A stretch of DNA of 19,618 nt. It comes from Candidatus Jordarchaeales archaeon (GTDB lineage: Archaea; Asgardarchaeota; Jordiarchaeia; Jordiarchaeales; Freyrarchaeaceae). A model generated the notes under the pieces. The model was not told the DNA's origin. It saw nothing but the letters and a program-made list of their open reading frames with translations, and did no database searches. Both the position numbers and the translations under genes were made by a program. The stretch covers positions 8,990 to 28,607 of the forward strand of contig JAWCFL010000023.1 in NCBI GenBank assembly GCA_038858525.1. The letters are read 5' to 3'. How positions within the stretch are numbered: position 1 is the stretch's first letter; each line of letters begins with the position of its first letter. Of this stretch, positions 1 to 7,003 are shown in pieces.

Positions 1-165
1 CCTGTTGAAGTCTTCACGCAGGAGTCTGATTTCCTCGATGACCTGTTTCATTTCTGCTTTAGTTGTAACGCTTTCCGAGAGTATTCCTATTACCATGTAG
101 CGGAAGTTTTCATCTTTTTTGAGCGCCTCAATGAATTGTTGCTTTAATGTATCTATTGTAGTCAC
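1..165 (-). CDS. 5' part of an archaeal coiled-coil protein (resembles DUF3782 / PD-(D/E)XK nuclease-associated coiled-coil proteins); runs off the window edge
   Basis: Not in the ORF track. Manual translation from GTG at 165 gives MTTIDTLKQQFIEALKKDENFRYMVIGILSESVTTKAEMKQVIEEIRLLREDFNR, open to base 1. GGTGA RBS at 173-177 (minus) and a TTTTTAAATT TATA-like box at 211-220. The family assignment is from memory of similar N-termini. Confidence 0.6.
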   Translation of the reverse strand, partial: MTTIDTLKQQFIEALKKDENFRYMVIGILSESVTTKAEMKQVIEEIRLLREDFNR

Positions 166-231
166 TGTCCCTTCACCTAAAATTTCCTTCAAGAAAAACT
201 TGCCAATAATAATTTAAAAAGCTAATGATAC

Positions 232-245
232 GCTGAAGCTTCAGC
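232..245. promoter_or_regulatory. Perfect 14-bp palindrome GCTGAAGCTTCAGC, candidate transcription-factor site
   Basis: Seen directly; lies about 11 bp upstream of the TATA-like box of the minus-strand gene at 1-165. Function is inferred. Confidence 0.3.
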
Positions 246-927
246 TCTTTGTGTGCAATTTTTAGCGTCATCACATTAAACGCCAAAGAAAAACGGTTGC
301 TTAGACCTTATTTTGTGTATACTCATGATGCCCCCCCTTCATCCGCTCCCCCCTTATTTTATTTCTCACATTCCGAGAGCGAAAACCTCCTTTCTTTAAT
401 ATTTACTCCCCTCAAGGAGGTTTATTGCAGATCCACTATCCTTGAGAAGTTCATAAAGAATTATTCACGTCTTCATATGGAGGCGGAAAGGCCAACTTCC
501 CCCCGTAAAACAAAAGAAAAAACCGAAGAGAACCACCACGGATCAACGCCTGCTTACACCCACACCGATTAAATCAAAATGTTAGCGCAACCATCTTAAC
601 AAATAAAAATTCTTAGAAAAGAAACTTCTCATTCAACCTCCCCGCTCCTCTTTCTTATACCATCTCTTATATTTCGACCACGTCAAAATAATCTTCCACA
701 CGAAACACGTCATAACCCACCACTTCGACAACACCAAAAAGGGAAAGACACAGCGAACTCAAAAACAAAACCACATAAAAAATAGAACAACAGATCCATT
801 ATTAAAAAATCACCCAATAATATCTTTTCTAATATTCCTAGCAACTTTCCGAATCACGTCAAACACCCTCACTTTTCATACCCCTCTACTCTTCATTAAT
901 TCTCAATAAACCCATTAAGCCCAGCTT

Positions 928-1527
928 TTACCTATCATTTTTTCTTCTGCTGAGCAGTTCGAGCGCCCTTCTCCTGAGTTCCCGTGCCACATCATTTTCT
1001 GGATTCAGCCTCAATGCCTCGTCAAAACACTCTACAGCCTCCTTAAATTCACTAAGCTCCATAAGCGTAGCTCCTCTGCCGGTCCATGCGTCTTCGTTTT
1101 TCGGGTTCAGCTTTAGAGCCTCGTCAAAACACCTTAGAGCCTCCTCAAGCCTGTCGAGCATCCCAAGCATAAATCCTCTGTCAATCCATGCACTTTCACT
1201 TTTCGGGTTCAGCTTTAACACTTCATCACAGCATTCTAGAGCCTCCTCAAACCTGCCGAGTCTTCCGAGCGCAGCTCCTCTGCCGGTCCATGCGTCTTCG
1301 TTTTTCGGGTTCAGCTTTAGAGCCTCGTCAAAACACCTTAGAGCCTCCTCAAACCTGCCGAGTCTTCCGAGCGCAGCTCCTCTGCCGGTCCATGCGTCTT
1401 CGTTTTTCGGGTTCAGCTTTAGAGCCTCGTCAAAACACCTTAGAGCCTCCTCAAACCTGCCGAGCATCCCAAGCATAAATCCTCTGTCAATCCATGCTTC
1501 TTCGCTCTTCGAGTCCAGCTTTAACAC
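928..1527 (-). CDS. Tetratricopeptide repeat protein (5 TPRs plus capping helix); 5' end probably disrupted
   Basis: Five 34-aa units of the form WxxRGxxLxxLGRFEEALRCFDEALKLNPK. The RBS-associated ATG at 1572 is in frame but is followed by TAA at 1555-1557. Confidence 0.85.
   Translation of the reverse strand: MLKLDSKSEEAWIDRGFMLGMLGRFEEALRCFDEALKLNPKNEDAWTGRGAALGRLGRFEEALRCFDEALKLNPKNEDAWTGRGAALGRLGRFEEALECCDEVLKLNPKSESAWIDRGFMLGMLDRLEEALRCFDEALKLNPKNEDAWTGRGATLMELSEFKEAVECFDEALRLNPENDVARELRRRALELLSRRKNDR
997..1506 (-). repeat. Five tandem 102-bp TPR-coding units in pattern A-B-B-A'-B'
   Basis: Units at 1405-1506, 1303-1404, 1201-1302, 1099-1200 and 997-1098. A type is WIDRGFMLGML and B type is WTGRGAALGRL, with long stretches of nucleotide identity. 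Confidence 0.9.
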
Positions 1528-1576
1528 CCCGCAAAAACACTCTATTAACTCTATTTATTGCTTCCTTAACATTCTA

Positions 1577-1632
1577 TTTATTTCCTCCTCACGCTCAAAG
1601 CCTACTCTCTCATGCTGAGCAGTTCGAGCGCG
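1577..1632. repeat. 56-bp perfect direct repeat, copy 1 (gene end ALELLSMRE*, spacer and GAGGAGGA RBS)
   Basis: TTTATTTCCTCCTCACGCTCAAAGCCTACTCTCTCATGCTGAGCAGTTCGAGCGCG is identical to 2791-2846; a 19-bp partial third copy is at 948-966. Confidence 0.95.
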
Positions 1633-2789
1633 TTTCTCCTAAGTGTCTGTGTCTTATCGTTTTTTGGGTTAATTCTTAGTGCCTCGTCAAAGCACTTTAC
1701 AGCCTCCTCAGGCCTGTCGAGCAATAATAGTGCAGCTCCCTTACCGACCCATGCTTCTTCGTTTTCCGGGTTTATCTTTATCGCTTCTTCGTAGCACTCT
1801 AACGCCTCTTCATATCTGCCAAGCGCTCCAAGTGCAAATCCTTTGCAAACCCATGCTTCTTCGTTTTCCGGGTTTATCTTTATCGCTTCTTCGTAGCACT
1901 CTAACGCCTCCCCACGCCTGCTAACCTCTACAAGAGCAAGTCCTTTAGCAAGCCATGCTTCTTCGTTTATCGGGTTCAGCTTTAGCGCCATGTCAAGGCA
2001 TTCTAGCGCCTCCTCATACCTGCCAAGCTCCTGAAGTACAGCTCCTTTGTCGAACCATGCTTCTTCTTTTTTCGGGTTCAGCTTTAGCGCCATGTCAAGG
2101 CATTCTAGCGCCTCCTCATACCTGCCAAGCTCCTGAAGTACAGCTCCTTTGTCGAACCATGCTTCTTCTTTTTTCGGGTTCAGCTTTAGCGCCATGTCAA
2201 GGCATTCTAGCGCCTCCTCATACCTGCCAAGCCTCCTAAGTACAGCTCCTTTGTCGAACCATGCTTTTTCGTCTTTTGGGTTCAGCTTTAGCGCCATGTC
2301 AAGGCATTCTAGCGCCTCCTCATACCTGCCAAGCTCCTGAAGTACAGCTCCTTTGTCGAACCATGCTTCTTCTTTTTTCGGGTTCAGCTTTAGCGCCATG
2401 TCAAGGCATTCTAGCGCCTCCTCATACCTGCCAAGCAATGCAAGTGTAGCTCCTTTGTTGAACCATACATATTCGTATTTCGGGTTCAGCTTTAGCGCCA
2501 TGTCGTAGCATTCTAATGTCTTATCACGCTTGCCAAGCTCCCAAAGTGCAACTCCCTTATAGAACCATGCTTCTTCGTTTTTCGGGTTCAGCTTTAGCGC
2601 CTCATCAAAGCATTCTAGCGCCTTATCATGCTTGCCAAGCACTCCGAGTGCAACTCCTTTGCTGATCCATGCTTCTTCGTTTTTCGGGTTCAGCTTTAGC
2701 GCCATGTCGTAGCATTTTACCGCCTCATCAAACATGCCAAGCAATACAAGTACATTTCCTTTCTCGATCCATTCGTATTCTGTGCTCAA
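1602..2789 (-). CDS. Tetratricopeptide repeat protein (11 TPRs plus capping helix)
   Basis: Eleven 34-aa TPR units. Start moved from the track's 2864 to TTG at 2789 (MSTEYEWIEK), which follows the GAGGAGGA RBS at 2798-2805 and removes the overlap with the upstream gene. Confidence 0.92.
   Translation of the reverse strand: MSTEYEWIEKGNVLVLLGMFDEAVKCYDMALKLNPKNEEAWISKGVALGVLGKHDKALECFDEALKLNPKNEEAWFYKGVALWELGKRDKTLECYDMALKLNPKYEYVWFNKGATLALLGRYEEALECLDMALKLNPKKEEAWFDKGAVLQELGRYEEALECLDMALKLNPKDEKAWFDKGAVLRRLGRYEEALECLDMALKLNPKKEEAWFDKGAVLQELGRYEEALECLDMALKLNPKKEEAWFDKGAVLQELGRYEEALECLDMALKLNPINEEAWLAKGLALVEVSRRGEALECYEEAIKINPENEEAWVCKGFALGALGRYEEALECYEEAIKINPENEEAWVGKGAALLLLDRPEEAVKCFDEALRINPKNDKTQTLRRNALELLSMRE
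1968..2477 (-). repeat. Near-perfect tandem array of 102-bp TPR-coding units (TPR4-TPR8)
   Basis: Units at 1968-2069, 2070-2171 and 2274-2375 differ by only 1-2 nt. Units 2172-2273 and 2376-2477 differ mainly in helix-A codons. Confidence 0.93.
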
Positions 2790-2790
2790 C

Positions 2791-2846
2791 TTTATTTCCT
2801 CCTCACGCTCAAAGCCTACTCTCTCATGCTGAGCAGTTCGAGCGCG
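2791..2846. repeat. 56-bp perfect direct repeat, copy 2
   Basis: Identical to 1577-1632. Imperfect similarity continues about 70 bp further (CTTATCGTTT...GGTTAATTCTTAGTGCCTCGTC.AAGCACTTTA). Confidence 0.95.
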
Positions 2847-3118
2847 CTCCTCTTGAATCGCCATGCCTTATCGTTTCCTAGGTTAATTCTTAGTGCCTCG
2901 TCGAAGCACTTTAGTGCCTTCTCAGGCTCGCCAAGCTTTAAGAAGTCAAATCCTTTATTGAACAATTCTTCACTGCCTTCTTGGCCTCCATTCCTTAATT
3001 TTTCCGTGGATGAGGTGTATTTTTTATGTGATGCTTTCGGCAGCGGAGAGCCACACTTACCGCAGAAATCAGAACAGTTCGGGTTTAGCGCCCCACACAT
3101 TGAACAATACAAGACCAT
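2816..3118 (-). CDS. Zinc-ribbon plus single-TPR protein
   Basis: N-terminal CSMC-x10-CGKC zinc ribbon, then ELFNKGFDFLKLGEPEKALKCFDEALRINLG TPR and the same ALELLSMRE end as the next gene; AAGGA RBS-like sequence upstream. Confidence 0.8.
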   Translation of the reverse strand: MVLYCSMCGALNPNCSDFCGKCGSPLPKASHKKYTSSTEKLRNGGQEGSEELFNKGFDFLKLGEPEKALKCFDEALRINLGNDKAWRFKRSALELLSMRE

Positions 3119-3837
3119 ACATCCTTAACATTTTATTTTTATTTTATCTCTTCATAAGTATTTATTTTTTGTCTTTAGAGTTTTCATGTCTCCAAAGTAT
3201 CTTAGCTTCCAACAGGTGTTGAATTTGTGAATGAATTAGGACCAAACACTTTCACAAGCAGGATAGCACATTAAATTGTCTCGTTTCTTTTTAGAGACCG
3301 CTTAACCCGCTTCGGGTTCCTATTAAAAATGTAAAATTACTGGAGTAGTAGAAGGGAGGTGTTAATTGCTTCTGTTAATTATGTTTTCTCTTTTTCTGAG
3401 CCTTTCCTTAAGGGGCTTTATAACTGTGGTCATCAAAAACTTGTTAAAGAAAGTTCGTAACGCTTCTCGCAGCTTCACAGTTTTCTCTCTCCCGACTTTT
3501 GTTCGCCGCCTCTTTATCCATCAGTAGATGAATGATCTTCCCTTTAAAAGTTCAGACCTCGAGAAGTTCAGCGTCTCCGTTAAGTTTCAAGTAAATCCAA
3601 AATTATTCACATTCCTTCTAAACAGGGACAAGAATATTTTTCCGGTTAAAAAACGCTTCAACTCTTCGTAATTATTTATTAATGCCATTAATTCTCCTCG
3701 CAGCTCGCCTTATCAAGAAAAACTGGACTGACGAAACAAAGATACCGGCTAACTGTGAAGTAACCCATAGATTTATAAATCAATATAGTTTTTGGAATCT
3801 ACATAAAAATGGGAGCCGGAAAGGAGGGTTTGAAGGG

Positions 3838-5316
3838 GTGGAAGGTGAGAGGGCACGAATTATAGCTTGCGTCCTCGTAGTTTTGCTGGGGTTAGTCGTA
3901 ATGATGCCACTAGCTTCTGGCGGTGTGCAAGAGGGGTATGCTGGCATAGTTTCATTAACGTTGATCCAGCCTCCAAGAGCGTCTTCGGATCAGGTGGTTG
4001 CGAAGGAAGGAGGAGGCAATTTAAGCTTTGCTCCTCCAGGCAACTATCCGGTAGTTCTAATTCCGGGGTGGATGACCGACGAGAAAGCTGCATTTCTCAT
4101 GGATACGTTGAAGGCTAGGCTTGAAGAGGCGGGCTTCGATGTGGTGGACTTCAAGGGCGTACTAGGTAACCCGACTCACACGATAGTTTACGATCCTCTA
4201 GACCCGAACGGAGCGTCGTATGATGGCGTTATAACTGGTAGCAAAGGAGTAGCCCAGCTGGCTGAGGATGTTAAAGCTCTAATAGAAGCTAAACTGGGGC
4301 CCAGCCAGCCGTTCGACATAATATCTCACTCTATGGGTGGATTAGTAGCTAGGTGGCTTGTGGAGAAGCTTGGAATGGCTGGAAGGGTGGACGACTTGAT
4401 AACCCTAGGAACCCCCCACCATGGAGCGCCACTGGCTGACGTGGTTGAAGAGCTCGCTACACTAGGAAACATTCTCCCAACAGACTTCGTCAGCGACATA
4501 ATTCTCGGGCTTCTTCCACCATTTGGCAAGTGGCTGGCGAGTGGCTATGATATGAAGCCGGGTAGTGCATTCCTGCAAGACTTAAACGTATGGGGATCTG
4601 TTGAGGGCGCCTTCAAGGCGCCACCAGGAAACAAGTATACATGTATTGCCACTACCGTTAAGCCCGAAAACGCCATGTGGCTCGTTGCTAAGATCCTTGA
4701 CTGCCTAGCAGACCATGACATGAATGACTATTGGCCTTACACGAGTAACGATGGCGTTGTTCCAACGGATGGATCCCTGCTCTACGGGGCAAAGCATGCG
4801 TTCGTTGTGGAGAACGTAAACCACATCGAGCAACCACTGCACCCTGAAGTTTTGAAGTTAATAATCTACGCTCTATCAGACGACCCTGAAGAGCAGAGTA
4901 GTGTAACGGTAAAAATGACCGCGGCCAAGATAAACGTAAACTGTGACCCATGGCCATTCAGCTCGGGCGAAATATACTTCTCCTCGTCAGTAGGGCAGAT
5001 ACACTACTCAAAGGTTGATAGGACCTTCGGCTACTCTCATGGAGGCTCGCCGCTTAGTTACGGCGACTGGGGTAAGGGAGAGTGGAGAACTATTCCTTCG
5101 GCAGACCAAGTACTCTTCAGCGGTAAGGTGGCTAAGGGCGCAAACCTGCGAATCGTAGCCTCCTGCTACGACTATGACCTACTGGACGAAGATGACAAAC
5201 TCTGCTCCACACTCGACGTGAAAATTGATATTGAGAAAGTGCCATGCGGTACTTGGACGCGCTACATCTACAACTTAGGCGAATGGTCCGTCGAAATACA
5301 AATCTACGTGTCATAA
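3838..5316 (+). CDS. Secreted alpha/beta-fold hydrolase (lipase/PGAP1-like esterase) with C-terminal C2-like domain
   Basis: Start moved from 3682 to GTG at 3838 (GGAGGG RBS 9 nt upstream), giving a signal-peptide-like N-terminus ([24 protein letters not shown]). Motifs: oxyanion VVLIPGW, nucleophile elbow SHSMGG (4324-4341), [16 protein letters not shown] (Asp) and VNH (His). The C-terminal beta-rich region contains [10 protein letters not shown]. Confidence 0.85.
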   Translation: MEGERARIIACVLVVLLGLVVMMPLASGGVQEGYAGIVSLTLIQPPRASSDQVVAKEGGGNLSFAPPGNYPVVLIPGWMTDEKAAFLMDTLKARLEEAGFDVVDFKGVLGNPTHTIVYDPLDPNGASYDGVITGSKGVAQLAEDVKALIEAKLGPSQPFDIISHSMGGLVARWLVEKLGMAGRVDDLITLGTPHHGAPLADVVEELATLGNILPTDFVSDIILGLLPPFGKWLASGYDMKPGSAFLQDLNVWGSVEGAFKAPPGNKYTCIATTVKPENAMWLVAKILDCLADHDMNDYWPYTSNDGVVPTDGSLLYGAKHAFVVENVNHIEQPLHPEVLKLIIYALSDDPEEQSSVTVKMTAAKINVNCDPWPFSSGEIYFSSSVGQIHYSKVDRTFGYSHGGSPLSYGDWGKGEWRTIPSADQVLFSGKVAKGANLRIVASCYDYDLLDEDDKLCSTLDVKIDIEKVPCGTWTRYIYNLGEWSVEIQIYVS

Positions 5317-5373
5317 ATTACATTACATGCCTCACTTTTCACTTTTTAGGCGATTTTTTTGCGCTCTTTATGC
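5317..5373. terminator. T-rich convergent terminator region between the lipase and phospholipase C genes
   Basis: Oligo-T tracts (CACTTTTCACTTTTT, GATTTTTTT) between facing stop codons; archaeal termination at oligo-U is established knowledge. Confidence 0.4.
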
Positions 5374-6132
5374 TTACTTGACCTTATACCACTCCACTTC
5401 CTTTCTCAAAAAGTGATATTTTCTATCCAGTAGCTGAACAATGTAACCTGAAAGTACTCCAGGTGCAAAAATGGCGTTCTGCGTTGCAAGTGCGGAAATT
5501 AGGAATATGAGTGAGACGGCGGCAGCTAAGGGGATCGTCCTCCTCCAGTATCTTCTCCGGGCTTGCACAAAGTCCCTGATGAGCTCTTCTGGCGGCTCTC
5601 GCCTTCCAAGTACTGCCCTCGCTATGGATCCTGAAACGCGACACGCCTCCTCTAAGGCTCTTTCCGCATCTCTTTGCGGCCTGACACTCTTTATCGTCCT
5701 CTCTACGTAGTTGGGAGAGCAAAATGCGGATGACACACCTTCTCTGACCGCTCCGGCAGGAATATTCAGCGATGCAGCCCTAGCCTCCCTTAAGTCATGA
5801 GACAGCCATAAGACGCCTTTCGACACGCTCATGTCCTGAACATAATGGAGAGCCCTACCGAGACTTCTCAGCGCTTCAATATACTCTCCCTTCAAGTAGC
5901 TCTTCCTCGCCCTCCAGACATGCTTCATTATGAGCCTCAGGCTAGGGTCGTGGTGAGATGCGCGTGCAACATATACCTTCCCCCTCCTACCAACCCGAAC
6001 CGCCATGTCAGGGTGCCTATCAGGGTCTATTGACCCAGCGGACAGCGCGTTTCTCGCCTTCTTATCCAAACCAAGTGCATCGGCTATAGCCCTCGCTATG
6101 GCCATATGAGTGCGCCACTTCAACAATCCCAC
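5374..6132 (-). CDS. Zinc-dependent phospholipase C family protein with C-terminal transmembrane segment(s)
   Basis: N-terminal KWRTH, GSIDPD, HH, GRALHYVQD and H..E match the Zn-dependent PLC/P1-nuclease ligand pattern; hydrophobic C-terminal tail IPLAAAVSLIFLISALA. True start may be TTG at 6123 (MKWRTH). Confidence 0.75.
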   Translation of the reverse strand: MGLLKWRTHMAIARAIADALGLDKKARNALSAGSIDPDRHPDMAVRVGRRGKVYVARASHHDPSLRLIMKHVWRARKSYLKGEYIEALRSLGRALHYVQDMSVSKGVLWLSHDLREARAASLNIPAGAVREGVSSAFCSPNYVERTIKSVRPQRDAERALEEACRVSGSIARAVLGRREPPEELIRDFVQARRRYWRRTIPLAAAVSLIFLISALATQNAIFAPGVLSGYIVQLLDRKYHFLRKEVEWYKVK

Positions 6133-6184
6133 CCAAAAATTAGAAATCCAGGGAAAGAAATTAAGTGTTTTGTCGTCCGTATAA

Positions 6185-6210
6185 GAAAGCCCTATGGAAA
6201 TAAGGCTTTC
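6185..6210. promoter_or_regulatory. Inverted repeat GAAAGCCCTAT-GGAA-ATAAGGCTTTC in the divergent PLC/rubrerythrin intergenic region
   Basis: 11-bp arms with one mismatch, seen directly; operator role is inferred. Confidence 0.35.
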
Positions 6211-6264
6211 AGTAATTTTGTTTTAGTCCTGGTAGGCGCCTGCATGCTTCTTTAACTCTTACTA

Positions 6265-6282
6265 CGAAAAAATTATATTTAT
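6265..6282 (+). promoter_or_regulatory. BRE/TATA promoter for rubrerythrin
   Basis: CGAAAAAA followed by TTATATTTAT about 30-35 nt before the ATG at 6313. Confidence 0.5.
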
Positions 6283-6312
6283 CGTTATCCTTTGGTAGTT
6301 TAAAAAAGAAAC

Positions 6313-6870
6313 ATGGTGGTTAATGTGGCACGTGAAATGACCGAATCAAATCTCCACAGCGCCTTCGCCGGCGAGAGCCAAGCGCACATGAGATACCTTA
6401 TTTTCGCTGAAAGAGCCGAGAAGGCAGGGTTCCCGAACGTTGCGAGGCTCTTCACAGCGATAGCTTTTGCTGAGAAGGTTCATGCATCAAACCATTACTC
6501 TGTTACCTCCTCTAAAGGAGACTTTCTCACGGTTTCTGCAGCAGGCTTTGGCTCAAAAAAAGTCTCGGAGGACCTGGAGATTGCCATAAAGGGCGAGACC
6601 TTCGAGGTTAACGAAATGTACCCTGCATACCTTGCCGTTGCCAAGCTACAGGACCACAAGGACGCCGTAAGAAGCTTCACGTGGGCTCTAGAAGCGGAGA
6701 AAACGCACGCCGAGTTTTTCAAGAAGGCAAAGCAGGCGGTGGACAAAGGCAGTGACGTAACGCTTAGAACAATGCAAGTCTGCAGCGTCTGCGGCTACAC
6801 GGTCGAGGGTGACGCGCCAGATAAGTGCCCAATGTGTGGCGCCCCGAAGAACGCCTTCAAATCTTTCTAA
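6313..6870 (+). CDS. rbr: Rubrerythrin
   Basis: AFAGESQAHMRY, AEKVH, GETFE..EMYP and AEKTH diiron motifs plus a C-terminal rubredoxin-like CSVC...CPMC. Confidence 0.95.
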   Translation: MVVNVAREMTESNLHSAFAGESQAHMRYLIFAERAEKAGFPNVARLFTAIAFAEKVHASNHYSVTSSKGDFLTVSAAGFGSKKVSEDLEIAIKGETFEVNEMYPAYLAVAKLQDHKDAVRSFTWALEAEKTHAEFFKKAKQAVDKGSDVTLRTMQVCSVCGYTVEGDAPDKCPMCGAPKNAFKSF

Positions 6871-6949
6871 ACCTCTTTTTTAAGTCTCGCAACTCGCTTA
6901 AAACGTGTCCCGCCATGTTCCCTCCAAGCTTTTAATGTCTTCTCGTTTA

Positions 6950-6958
6950 TTTTATAAA
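6950..6958 (+). promoter_or_regulatory. TATA-like box upstream of fprA
   Basis: TTTTATAAA about 45 nt before the ATG at 7004, downstream of a T-tract that follows the rbr stop. Confidence 0.4.
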
Positions 6959-7003
6959 TGGGCACGCACTAAGTTCACAAGAGAAAAATTTGGGAGAGGT
7001 GTT

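Noticed and set aside
249-572. 107-aa plus-strand ORF
   Set aside because: No RBS or motif; low-complexity composition typical of non-coding sequence.
928-2789. 102-bp repeats as a CRISPR array or DGR template/variable repeat
   Set aside because: The repeats are in-frame TPR codons with no spacers. Substitutions are not confined to adenines, and no reverse transcriptase is in the window.
2790-2864. Programmed -1 frameshift or TAG read-through fusing the zinc-ribbon gene to the 11-TPR gene
   Set aside because: No slippery heptamer near the overlap, an in-frame TAA follows seven codons after the TAG, and the downstream gene has its own strong RBS and TTG start.
1188-3222. Plus-strand ORFs with repeated motifs opposite the TPR genes
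   Set aside because: Antisense shadows of the TPR repeats; their periodicity is explained by the minus-strand genes.
3682-3837. 52-aa N-terminal extension of the lipase in the ORF track
   Set aside because: AT-rich promoter-like sequence (TTTATAAA near 3773); an RBS and signal peptide support GTG 3838.
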